Positions 27,611-36,306 of a stretch of 64,000 bases of DNA are shown here, in pieces. The DNA is from an uncultured Bacteroidales bacterium (lineage in GTDB: Bacteria > Bacteroidota > Bacteroidia > Bacteroidales > FEN-979). Numbering within the stretch: the stretch's first letter is position 1; the number at the start of each line of letters is the position of its first letter. The translations under genes were made by a program, and so were the position numbers. The notes under the pieces were generated by a model. It saw only the letters and a list, made by a program, of their open reading frames with translations. It ran no database searches and was not told the DNA's origin. The stretch covers positions 2,790-66,789 of the forward strand of contig CAIYUC010000034.1 of NCBI GenBank assembly GCA_903929315.1. Reading direction: 5' to 3'.

Positions 27611-27638
27611 CTACGCACGCGTTACAAACGCGCGCGAG
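27611..27638. repeat. GC-rich REP-like hairpin, copy d (inverted relative to b and c)
   Basis: ctacgcacgcgttacaaacgcgcgcgag, starting 3 nt after the P2 stop. Confidence 0.8.
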
Positions 27639-27693
27639 CTAAGCGTTTAAGGTGGCTAGAAGATTGAATGCAGTAATGCAAAATTTAGGCATT

Positions 27694-27741
27694 AATTATT
27701 TAATTATTTAATTATTTAATTATTTCATTACTTCATTATTT
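27694..27741. repeat. 6 x 8-nt array AATTATTT
   Basis: The units read aattattt x4, then cattactt and cattattt. Confidence 0.9.
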
Positions 27742-27744
27742 GGC

Positions 27745-27772
27745 CCACGCACGCGCTACAAACGCGCGCGAG
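27745..27772. repeat. GC-rich REP-like hairpin, copy e (inverted relative to b and c)
   Basis: The sequence is ccacgcacgcgctacaaacgcgcgcgag. Confidence 0.8.
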
Positions 27773-27775
27773 CTG

Positions 27776-27836
27776 GTGAAATAGCGAAGTAGCGAAAAAA
27801 ATCAAATTTCATTATTTCGCTATTTCGCTACTTCAC
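27776..27836. repeat. 22-bp-arm inverted repeat built from TAGCGAA words
   Basis: gtgaaatagcgaagtagcgaaa ... tttcgctatttcgctacttcac, with 20 of 22 positions complementary and a 17-nt loop. It touches the stop codon of the M28-fusion gene. Confidence 0.8.
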
Positions 27837-30772
27837 TATTTACCAACTGCCACCCTCGCTACCGTCTCAATGGCGATAGCCGAAAGAGCAGAACCATAAT
27901 CCAGGTCAATGTTTTCCATGGTGTCTTTGGTATCATGATAACCACTGCGATGGATATCGTAGTCCTCCATGAAAAGTACTACAGGCACTCCGCAATCAGA
28001 AAAAATCTGGCCATCGGTATTGTAAAGTGTACTGAAAGGATTTTCGGGTAGTCTTACCTGCCCGTCAAGTTGTGGATGTAATGCGATCTCGGGGATCGTT
28101 GTTCCATCTGTACTTCGTTTTCCTCTTGTTCTATCATGACGTTCAGAATTTTCGTTCCAACGTTTGGCGCTGAAATTCCATAGATTGGTCGCGAGATGCG
28201 CCTGGTAAGCTAACTGTAACGATCCTGAACTCTTACCAGGAGAGATCTGAAAAATGTCAGGTGCATCCTCCCTGTTGTGAGCGATCATATCCATGACGAA
28301 GACTCCTTTTATCTTTACGGATGAAAGATCCACAGATCTACCGTCTTTTGTAACTAACTTCAACTTCTTTTCAATTAATGCTTCACAAAAATAACGGGCT
28401 CCCATGCAATCAGATGGGAATTCTTCGCCTGTAAGATGTAAAAGCCAGATATCCCGCTCGAGCAAGCCTTCTCTGGACATTTGTAAATAAACAGGTGCAG
28501 CCTGGAGAAGGGTAGCTGTAGCGGAATCATTGTCATCTGCTCCCGCTGCGGAAAGACGGGCGCCGCTGCCGCCGGCTGATTTGTCATAAACATCTACCAT
28601 GTAGGCAGTATCATAATGATCTGCCAGTATTACTGCCTCATTCCTGTTCTTCCCCGGGATCACGACAAGGATATCGCGTTCATGCATTTTGCCAGCCTGG
28701 TTTGCATCCCATCCTCCAAAAAAGGAGTAATCAAAATCTGTCTGCCATTTGAATGGAAGTTCACCAGCCATTGCCTTGCCTTCCATTCCTGATGCTTTGA
28801 TAGCCTTGCTGTGACGCAGGATAAGATATTCCCCCAATGGACCAAGGTCACGGCGGGAGTGTTTCACCAATTTCAAAGTGTCCGGATCCTTCACAACGTC
28901 TGCATTATCTTTGTTGACGAATTTCCCCTTTGAAAGGAGTAATATATCTTTCCAGTAAGCTTCTTCATATTTCCGCGTTGCAGTTGCTCCGTATGTGAAA
29001 TTTTCAGAAATAACAGGATCCGGTCCGGCAGGTTCAATGATTTTTTGGATTTCCTGCTGGATCTTACTTACGACTTCTGTGTCCTTAGAATAATCCCGGA
29101 TTGAATCGAACCATTTTTCAATGGAGTCCTTTTCAGGGATCGTTATCAATTTCCCTGCGAAAGACCGTGGAAGTGCATGTCTTCCCCAAATCTCCCATGA
29201 ATGCAGCAAATAGAGAATATTCATCGGGATCCGGTTTATATAATGATCCATAACATTCCCGAAATTATACAGTGTATCGAGATATATTTCACGCCTCATA
29301 AACCTTGGCCATAGCTCAATGGCATCCGACAAATCTGCTGATTTCACAGGATATGCAGTCAGGTATCCGCTTAATGCGTCAGTGACTATTTTAGGTTGAC
29401 CCGTTATTCGGTCTACACATCCCACCAATGGTCGCTGCCAGTAAACCTCATAACCCCCTACTTCCATCGCAGGAAAAACGAACCTGTAACGAAAGACACC
29501 TCCACGAAGAACAGTTTCTGAAGCCCTTTGGATTTGCTCCCTGTCAGCATGCGGCCCGTTCAGCAATAATTCTGCATTTTCAGCCCAGATCTGACAGTTA
29601 CGGGCCATGGGTTTGTTGTACAGATCCAGGGAACCCAGCTCAGTGCTGAAAAGGGTTTCCATTATCGGATCTACATGTAAACTTTTGGCCACTGCGTCAT
29701 CGTTCCGGTGTAAACGGTCCCAGCGGCTTGTGCGATGATATGTGTTCAGTAATAATTCGTCTGCAACATGTGATGCTTCGCCTTTTCGCTTCGGCTCATG
29801 AAACCAGCCGGATTGCGGAACACGGATTCCGCCAGGACCTTCATGCCGCCGGACTAAGCTTAACAACGGGGTTTGTATATGCATTGCCAATTGTTCGCTA
29901 AGACGATTGTAAATGGAAGTCCCCCAGAATACCAGGCTGAACGGAGTCGGCAAAAGGACGATTTTACGGGCGAAATATTTTTCTTTCAGGATAGCTGGCA
30001 GGCTTGCAAAGGATCTGAAAGTAAGAAGGTATTTTACGTCATCAAACGTGTCATCCTCATTCACAATATATCCGGAGGTCCATGATGGCAATGAACCGGG
30101 TGTCCAGAATGAAAAATGCGGATTTTTGATAACCGGAAGTATGCGGAATCCGGCTGACCTCAAATCACGGGTATTTTTAAATTCTGCTCCATGAGCTTCC
30201 CGAAGGATTTGACAGATGAAATTAAAAAAGGTTTGTTCGGGTAATTCTGTTTCCGGTGATGAATAAAATGACTTCCAGAACGCTTTTTCAGGTCCCTGTT
30301 CACTGCTTCCGAATAATGTCCACCGGACCCGTCCTTTATCGTCCTGGGTCTTTGAAAGTGCAAGCGGAAGAAAAAGAACAAAACGTTCATGGTTCAGATG
30401 ACCTGCCTGTGCCATCAGTTCGGGTGGGCAATAAGGATTATCTTTCAGGTTCTGCCCCAAATGACCGCTTATGGGATGAGTTTCCAGCCCACTACCAAAC
30501 CGGATCAACTGCTCCATGATTTGATGACCTGCAATCTCTAATCCCGGGCGAAGATGATATTCTTCTTCTAACTCACTTACCTGCCAACCGAATGGATCGT
30601 CCTCTCTAAACAATGACCCGTCAATTTCCCCGGTATATATATTTGAACCCAGCCTCGGAGGAGGCATAAATTCGGAATACGCCGGTAACCGGAACATTCC
30701 TTCGCCGTTAAACCATGGATAGCCTTCAGTCAGTTGAATCCATCCCTGTTGATGCGTTTTTTTCATGCTCAT
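27836..30772 (-). CDS. cytoplasmic fusion protein: unrecognised N-terminal domain of ~680 aa plus a C-terminal M28-family metallopeptidase domain
   Basis: M28 ligand motifs occur in order: ADHYDT, GADDNDS, TGEEFP, VMDMIAHN, GYHDTKDT. There is no signal peptide. The track start 30889 overlaps the divergent gene at 30871, so the ATG at 30772 (MSMKKTHQQGW) is preferred. Confidence 0.7.
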   Translation of the reverse strand: MSMKKTHQQGWIQLTEGYPWFNGEGMFRLPAYSEFMPPPRLGSNIYTGEIDGSLFREDDPFGWQVSELEEEYHLRPGLEIAGHQIMEQLIRFGSGLETHPISGHLGQNLKDNPYCPPELMAQAGHLNHERFVLFLPLALSKTQDDKGRVRWTLFGSSEQGPEKAFWKSFYSSPETELPEQTFFNFICQILREAHGAEFKNTRDLRSAGFRILPVIKNPHFSFWTPGSLPSWTSGYIVNEDDTFDDVKYLLTFRSFASLPAILKEKYFARKIVLLPTPFSLVFWGTSIYNRLSEQLAMHIQTPLLSLVRRHEGPGGIRVPQSGWFHEPKRKGEASHVADELLLNTYHRTSRWDRLHRNDDAVAKSLHVDPIMETLFSTELGSLDLYNKPMARNCQIWAENAELLLNGPHADREQIQRASETVLRGGVFRYRFVFPAMEVGGYEVYWQRPLVGCVDRITGQPKIVTDALSGYLTAYPVKSADLSDAIELWPRFMRREIYLDTLYNFGNVMDHYINRIPMNILYLLHSWEIWGRHALPRSFAGKLITIPEKDSIEKWFDSIRDYSKDTEVVSKIQQEIQKIIEPAGPDPVISENFTYGATATRKYEEAYWKDILLLSKGKFVNKDNADVVKDPDTLKLVKHSRRDLGPLGEYLILRHSKAIKASGMEGKAMAGELPFKWQTDFDYSFFGGWDANQAGKMHERDILVVIPGKNRNEAVILADHYDTAYMVDVYDKSAGGSGARLSAAGADDNDSATATLLQAAPVYLQMSREGLLERDIWLLHLTGEEFPSDCMGARYFCEALIEKKLKLVTKDGRSVDLSSVKIKGVFVMDMIAHNREDAPDIFQISPGKSSGSLQLAYQAHLATNLWNFSAKRWNENSERHDRTRGKRSTDGTTIPEIALHPQLDGQVRLPENPFSTLYNTDGQIFSDCGVPVVLFMEDYDIHRSGYHDTKDTMENIDLDYGSALSAIAIETVARVAVGK

Positions 30773-30870
30773 GGGTTGAAATAATGGTTCAATTAATTTT
30801 TTGTAATTATTTTGAAAGATTTTTTGTAGTTCAAAAATATTTAATAATTTCAAACCAAATTTAAAAAGAC

Positions 30871-32361
30871 ATGAAAATCCCAAGATCAATTTATAACTGG
30901 CTGAGTATTAGTGGATTTATAATTACAGTGAACAGTGCTCTACTGATCCTTGTACTGTTTATTTTTTCAGAGCTTACTTCTAATCCCAATATTTATAATG
31001 GAGTATTCACGTATATCATACTGCCGGTGATTCTTATTATCGGTCTGATCCTTATTCCTTTAGGAATGTTGATTAAAAGAAGGAGGATAAAGGATTCCGA
31101 TCAACGCTGGCCGGTGCTTGACCTGAACAAACCGAATGCCCGTCAGGGCCTTGTACTGATTTCGGTCATCACTTTCCTTTTCCTGATCGTCTCCGCTATG
31201 GGAAGCTATGAAGCATTCAACTATACTGAATCTGTCGATTTTTGCGGAAGACTATGTCATAAAGTGATGAACCCTGAATATGTGACATACCAGAATTCTC
31301 CGCATGCACGTGTTGCCTGTGTGGAATGTCATGTAGGACAGGGTGCAAGCTGGTATGTAAAATCAAAATTATCAGGGATGTACCAGGTATATTCCGTCCT
31401 CTTTCATAAATATCCATCACCTATCCCGACACCGATTGCGAGCCTGAGACCGGCACGTGAAACTTGTGAAAAATGTCACTGGCCCCAAAAATTCTATGCC
31501 CGGAGTCTCAGGACACAACGTGGATATCTGACCGATTCAATCAATACCGAATGGAATATTTCCATGCTGATGAAAACTGGTCCGACTTACAGCTCGTTCG
31601 GATTGGTCGAGGGAATCCACTGGCATATTAACCCTAATGTTAAAATTGAATACATTGCTTCCTCGAAAGACAGGGAGTCGATCCCGTGGGTAAAATATAC
31701 CAATCTTAAAACCGGTGAAGTTCAGATTTTCCAGGATACAGCGAATATTCTTGATAAAAAAGTAAAAGATAGCCTCGAGGTCCGGAGCATGGACTGCATG
31801 GATTGCCATAACCGGCCTTCACATTCCTTTAAATCAGCGCCCATATATATCGATAATGCTATAGTGAAAGGGGATATTCCGAAGGAACTGCCTTTTATTA
31901 AAAAAGTTGCCATGAATGTCCTGAAAGGTCCTTTTAATACGAATGATTCTGCAATGATGTATATCCATGACAGTGTGACAAACTTTTATAAAAAAGGATA
32001 CCCTGAGATTTATAAAAATAATAAGAATTTGATTGACCAGGCCATTAAAGGGATACAGGGAGAATTTGCAAAGAATGTCTTCCCGGAAATGCGTGTGACT
32101 TCCGAAAAATATCTCAATCATATCGGGCATCTTGAATCGGACGGGTGCTTCCGTTGCCATTCGGACCGGCACAAAAGCGATAAAGGAAAATTCATTTCAA
32201 AGGATTGCAATCTGTGCCATACGATCATTGCCCAGGGTCCGACAAAGGAAATGAAATATGCCTCCGTCAATGAAGTCATGGGATTCATTCATCCTGTTGA
32301 TGTGAAAGACAACTGGAAAACATATTTTTGCAGCGAATGCCACAGGGTGCTTTTTCCCTGA
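30871..32361 (+). CDS. membrane-anchored multihaem cytochrome c (NapC/NirT-like N-terminal haem region)
   Basis: 496 aa with three N-terminal hydrophobic helices. Six CXXCH motifs are present (CVECH, CEKCH, CMDCH, CFRCH, CNLCH, CSECH), plus CGRLCH (CX3CH) in FCGRLCHKVM. Confidence 0.8.
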   Translation: MKIPRSIYNWLSISGFIITVNSALLILVLFIFSELTSNPNIYNGVFTYIILPVILIIGLILIPLGMLIKRRRIKDSDQRWPVLDLNKPNARQGLVLISVITFLFLIVSAMGSYEAFNYTESVDFCGRLCHKVMNPEYVTYQNSPHARVACVECHVGQGASWYVKSKLSGMYQVYSVLFHKYPSPIPTPIASLRPARETCEKCHWPQKFYARSLRTQRGYLTDSINTEWNISMLMKTGPTYSSFGLVEGIHWHINPNVKIEYIASSKDRESIPWVKYTNLKTGEVQIFQDTANILDKKVKDSLEVRSMDCMDCHNRPSHSFKSAPIYIDNAIVKGDIPKELPFIKKVAMNVLKGPFNTNDSAMMYIHDSVTNFYKKGYPEIYKNNKNLIDQAIKGIQGEFAKNVFPEMRVTSEKYLNHIGHLESDGCFRCHSDRHKSDKGKFISKDCNLCHTIIAQGPTKEMKYASVNEVMGFIHPVDVKDNWKTYFCSECHRVLFP

Positions 32362-32410
32362 CAGCATTTGAGATCATCAGATAAAGAATAAAGACCAATT
32401 TTGATATTTT

Positions 32411-33322
32411 ATGCTAAAATCATTCCGGATCATTGGATTTTTTCTATTCTTCCTGTGGAACGCCTTTTCTTACGGGCAAATTGAGATAACCCTGCGAAAA
32501 TCCTTTATCGACAGCCTGAAAAACAGAGTTACTATCAGTATTGATTACCAGATCGTTAAAGCACATCCAAAACCAAATCCTGCGGACAAAGACGGAGATC
32601 TTCACATAGCAGGGATTGGCAAACATATGGGGCTTCCCATGGTGGCGGAGATCATGAATGCGAAGGACTATCCTGCTGCTTTAAAGATTGTTCATGGTTA
32701 TGAAGGAGCTGGAAATACAATCACCATCATTGGGGCATGGAGGATCTGGTGCGAACATGCAGCAAAAGGAGAACATCAATACCAGGGTGGTGAATTCCCG
32801 GATATCATCAATTCAAATCCCTCCCACGTCTTTGAGATCCATCCTGTAACAAAAATCGGGGTGATCGACCTGACAAAATCCATCCGGCCCATTATAGGGT
32901 TCATGTATAAGGATGCCGATGCTGCATTTGCCAAATACCTGAATACCAGATGCAAAATAGAACCAGACAAAAGGATGGTTAAAATTACAACCTATGGAGT
33001 GGGATATAACTATGCTGAATTCTGGATCGGGATCCTCGATACCAAACAAAAAGTGGTAGAAGACGGAAGGTTTATCTATTGTAAAGTACTTGACAATGAC
33101 AGGAAAATTATTTGTGAAAGGATGAAAATGGCTTTCCCGAAAAATACAGATGCAGAAAACCAGGTAAGTATATTAAAGCGCGGGGATTTATTGCATGTAG
33201 TTGGGATTCCACGAATAGACCTCTCGGAAATTTCTGACCGAGTAACCTATTCTGGTAATAACCCCGGGATGCTTGATCTCCCACTTCCGGTCGAGATGAT
33301 AATAGTGGCAGTGCTAAAGTAA
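32411..33322 (+). CDS. secreted hypothetical protein
   Basis: 303 aa with signal peptide MLKSFRIIGFFLFFLWNAFSYGQ. I recognise no family motif. It lies 49 nt downstream of the cytochrome gene on the same strand. Confidence 0.6.
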   Translation: MLKSFRIIGFFLFFLWNAFSYGQIEITLRKSFIDSLKNRVTISIDYQIVKAHPKPNPADKDGDLHIAGIGKHMGLPMVAEIMNAKDYPAALKIVHGYEGAGNTITIIGAWRIWCEHAAKGEHQYQGGEFPDIINSNPSHVFEIHPVTKIGVIDLTKSIRPIIGFMYKDADAAFAKYLNTRCKIEPDKRMVKITTYGVGYNYAEFWIGILDTKQKVVEDGRFIYCKVLDNDRKIICERMKMAFPKNTDAENQVSILKRGDLLHVVGIPRIDLSEISDRVTYSGNNPGMLDLPLPVEMIIVAVLK

Positions 33323-33330
33323 TCAGGGTA

Positions 33331-33564
33331 CCTCACCCTCCCGGGGGGTTGACTAAAAAGTATATAATTTGATTTTTTTCTTTCATTGTGTACTTTGTGC
33401 CTTCATAGTGTTCTTTGTGGTTCAACTCTTTATAAATTAACCACAAAGGTCACAATGTTTTACACAATGATCACAAAGACTTTTTAAACAACCCCGAAGA
33501 AAATTAGTTTTTGAATAAATACTCCCCCTCTCTTCTTTCAAGAGAGGGGGATAAAGGGGGTGAG
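33331..33564. repeat. composite nested palindromic element, copy A
   Basis: The outer arms are ctcaccc...gggtgag, the next pair is ggggttgactaaaaag / ctttttaaacaacccc, and the inner arms are cattgtgtactttgtgcc..ttctttgtggtt / aaccacaaaggtcacaatg..cacaatgatcacaaaga. By eye the core is about 85 percent identical to 53809..53999. Confidence 0.8.
33524..33550. terminator. perfect 11-bp stem / 5-nt loop hairpin between convergent genes
   Basis: ccccctctctt ctttc aagagaggggg. It has no adjacent U-tract, so it is only a possible bidirectional terminator. Confidence 0.35.
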
Positions 33565-33576
33565 TTTTTAAGTTCA

Positions 33577-34620
33577 TTAATTTTTACAAAACTTCCCCGT
33601 ATAATTTAATGTATTCGTTTTCAATCTGATGAAATAAAATCCAACAGGATAATCTTCCACATTCAATATGATTTTGTCATCCTGAGACTGGGCTTCAAAC
33701 ATCTTCTTCCCTGTCAAATCATACACTTCAATTGATTTCATAACATTGGAGATAGTCTTCAGATCAATCGTCAATAATGTTGATGTTGGGTCAGGGTAGA
33801 CTGAAATAATAGTATTCTGTTTTTCGGGAATATCAGAGGGCGAACCATATTTCATAACCGATGCTTTCTCGCTATATCCCCAATCACTGTAAGCCACGTA
33901 AGGTTGACCCGACGGATTAAAAGCAAGGCAGGTATTATAAGCACTACCCGCTGAGAATCCCGCTGTCCCAACGTTCAGCCAATTTGTTCCGTCAAACATC
34001 ATAACTGTCGCCTTGAAAGAATTTGCTTCATCCGAATAAGCCACATAAGGTTGCCCCGATGGATTGAAAGCAAGACTCACATACCATACATGTCCTGCTG
34101 AAAATTCGGGTATCCCTATATTCACCCAGCTTATTCCATCAAATTTCCGAACTGTAGCTTTTGAAGTGTTCTCAACGTCCCGGTATGCCACATAAGGTTG
34201 TCCTGTGGGACCAAAGGCGAGCCTTGTAAACCAGGCAATCCCATCTGACAGTCCGCCTGATCCTATATCCACCCAATTGTTTCCGTCGAATTTCATAACC
34301 GTAGCCTCATTACCGTTCCCATTATCCTCGTAAGCTATATAAGGCTGACCGGCAGGACTGATGACAAGATCTGTATAAACCACATCTCCATTGGAGAAAC
34401 CCGCATTCCCGATATTCACCCAACTGGTTCCGTTAAATTTCATCACCGTTGCCTTATAGGAATTCCCACCATCTGAGTATGCAACATAGAGTTGTCCGTC
34501 AGTGTCAAAGGCAAGGCATGTATAATTTACAAAACCTGCTGTGCCGACATATTGCCATGAATCCGCATATGTTATATTGAAAATTGACAACATTAAAACA
34601 ATAAGGGAAAGCTTTTTCAT
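33577..34620 (-). CDS. T9SS type A sorting domain protein with about five tandem 48-aa repeats
   Basis: The repeated unit is GQPYVAYxD....KATVMKFDG..W..(I/V)G..GFS.G. The C-terminal tail SVYPDPTSTLLTIDL...IEVYDLTGKKMFE...GFYFIRLKT is a Por_Secre_tail. The signal peptide MKKLSLIVLMLSIFNITYA starts at the ATG at 34620, whereas the track start is 34740. Confidence 0.78.
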   Translation of the reverse strand: MKKLSLIVLMLSIFNITYADSWQYVGTAGFVNYTCLAFDTDGQLYVAYSDGGNSYKATVMKFNGTSWVNIGNAGFSNGDVVYTDLVISPAGQPYIAYEDNGNGNEATVMKFDGNNWVDIGSGGLSDGIAWFTRLAFGPTGQPYVAYRDVENTSKATVRKFDGISWVNIGIPEFSAGHVWYVSLAFNPSGQPYVAYSDEANSFKATVMMFDGTNWLNVGTAGFSAGSAYNTCLAFNPSGQPYVAYSDWGYSEKASVMKYGSPSDIPEKQNTIISVYPDPTSTLLTIDLKTISNVMKSIEVYDLTGKKMFEAQSQDDKIILNVEDYPVGFYFIRLKTNTLNYTGKFCKN

Positions 34621-34756
34621 AAAGGTGCTGTTTAAATTTAAACATAAAAGTACATCAGATCCCCTCCGGGGGATACAATTATCATTCATTTTTTTCATTG
34701 TTTCACCATAATATTTCATTGTTGTTTCTGTTATAAACATTTATAATTAAATTTTG

Positions 34757-34764
34757 TACCTTTG
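34757..34764 (+). promoter_or_regulatory. candidate -7 box (TAnnTTTG) for guaB
   Basis: TACCTTTG ends 21 nt upstream of the ATG at 34786. Confidence 0.35.
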
Positions 34765-34785
34765 TAAACTTAACTTTTTCAGTAT

Positions 34786-36252
34786 ATGTTCACTGATTCT
34801 GAGAAATTTCAGGGAGAAGGTCTTACTTACGATGATGTATTGTTAGTTCCTGCATATACCGATGTTACTCCACGTGAAGTGGAGGTAACAACATTTCTTA
34901 CGAAAAATATCAGGTTAAATATACCGATCGTTTCGGCCGCCATGGATACTGTTACTGAGTCCCCTATGGCAATTGCTATAGCACAGGAGGGAGGGATCGG
35001 CGTTCTGCATAAGAACATGTCCATCGAAGCCCAGGCGCTGCATGTCCGTAAAGTGAAACGGGCTGAAAACGGGATGATCCTTGATCCGGTCACGATTAAT
35101 GTAAATGGTTTGGTAGGCAATGCGTTGGAGCTGATGAAAGAATATAACATCGGAGGTATCCCGGTCACAAATGAGGAATTGGTTTTGGTTGGTATCGTGA
35201 CCAACCGTGATCTCCGTTTTGAAAGGGATCTGATGCGCCCGATTGCAGAGGTAATGACCAAAAATGTCGTGACAACTACAGAATTTACTGATTTTGCCAA
35301 AGCAGAAGAGATCCTCCAAAAATACAAGATTGAAAAATTGCCGGTAGTTGATAAAAGCAATAAACTTGTCGGGTTAATTACCTATAAGGATATCATAAAA
35401 ATAAAAGCCCGTCCGAATGCCTGCAAGGACAACCGCGGAAGATTGCGGGTTGCGGCTGCTGTCGGCGTTGCTTCCGATACAATGGACAGGGTCGCTGTGC
35501 TGGTTCGTGAAGGAGTGGATGCCATCGTTATCGATACAGCACATGGTCATTCAAAACTCGTCATGGAAATGGCAAGAAGAGTGAAAAAAGAATTTCCGGA
35601 AATCGATCTTATTGCAGGGAATATAGGTACTGCCCAGGCTGCAAAGGATTTTACAAAGATCGGGGTAGATGGTCTGAAAGTTGGTATCGGTCCCGGATCG
35701 ATTTGTACCACAAGGATCATTGCCGGTATTGGGATTCCCCAGTTATCAGCTATTTACGATGTGGCAAAAGCCCTCAAAGGGACCGGGATTCCGGTTATTG
35801 CTGACGGCGGCATCCGTTATACCGGCGACATTGTCAAAGCGCTTGCTGCCGGCGCCCATTCGATCATGGCAGGCTCATTATTTGCCGGAGTTGATGAATC
35901 TCCGGGTGAAACGGTTATTTACGAAGGAAGGAAATTTAAAACATATCGCGGAATGGGTTCAGTAGAGGCCATGCAGATGGGTTCCAAAGACCGGTATTTC
36001 CAGGATGTCGAAGATGATATAAAAAAACTTGTCCCGGAAGGGATCGTCGGAAGAGTTCCTTACAAAGGTTCGCTGTCAGAAGTGATCTTTCAGATGGTAG
36101 GTGGATTGCGATCAGGTATGGGTTATACGGGGTCTAAAACCATTGAGGACCTGCAACAGGCCAAATTTATAAAAATAACTGCTGCCGGTATTACAGAAAG
36201 CCATCCTCATGATGTCACCATTACCAGCGAAGCCCCAAATTACAGCCGATAA
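34786..36252 (+). CDS. guaB: IMP dehydrogenase
   Basis: 488 aa with [10 protein letters not shown], a tandem CBS insert, [11 protein letters not shown] (catalytic Cys loop) and [17 protein letters not shown]. Confidence 0.97.
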   Translation: MFTDSEKFQGEGLTYDDVLLVPAYTDVTPREVEVTTFLTKNIRLNIPIVSAAMDTVTESPMAIAIAQEGGIGVLHKNMSIEAQALHVRKVKRAENGMILDPVTINVNGLVGNALELMKEYNIGGIPVTNEELVLVGIVTNRDLRFERDLMRPIAEVMTKNVVTTTEFTDFAKAEEILQKYKIEKLPVVDKSNKLVGLITYKDIIKIKARPNACKDNRGRLRVAAAVGVASDTMDRVAVLVREGVDAIVIDTAHGHSKLVMEMARRVKKEFPEIDLIAGNIGTAQAAKDFTKIGVDGLKVGIGPGSICTTRIIAGIGIPQLSAIYDVAKALKGTGIPVIADGGIRYTGDIVKALAAGAHSIMAGSLFAGVDESPGETVIYEGRKFKTYRGMGSVEAMQMGSKDRYFQDVEDDIKKLVPEGIVGRVPYKGSLSEVIFQMVGGLRSGMGYTGSKTIEDLQQAKFIKITAAGITESHPHDVTITSEAPNYSR

Positions 36253-36306
36253 TTTTTTACAATAAAATAATGTCAATATAGTGTTTAATTAAAATCTTTT
36301 GCAACG

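Noticed and set aside
27611-27638. Are the GC-rich hairpins right after the P1 and P2 stops intrinsic terminators?
   Set aside because: In the mRNA sense the stem has an A-C mismatch and no U-tract follows. Extra copies lie upstream of P2 in the opposite orientation. I therefore treat them as a REP-like repeat family rather than as annotated terminators.
27694-27741. Could the short tandem arrays here, and at 723, 20648, 23465 and 23990, be CRISPR arrays?
   Set aside because: The units are 7-9 nt and contiguous, with no unique spacers. The arrays are only 20-50 nt long and no cas genes are present.
33414-33432. GTGGTTCAA strings (also at 53904 and 10394) that resemble a tRNA T-arm.
   Set aside because: No acceptor stem, D-arm or anticodon arm can be drawn around them. 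They are the loop-proximal ends of the palindromic repeat family.
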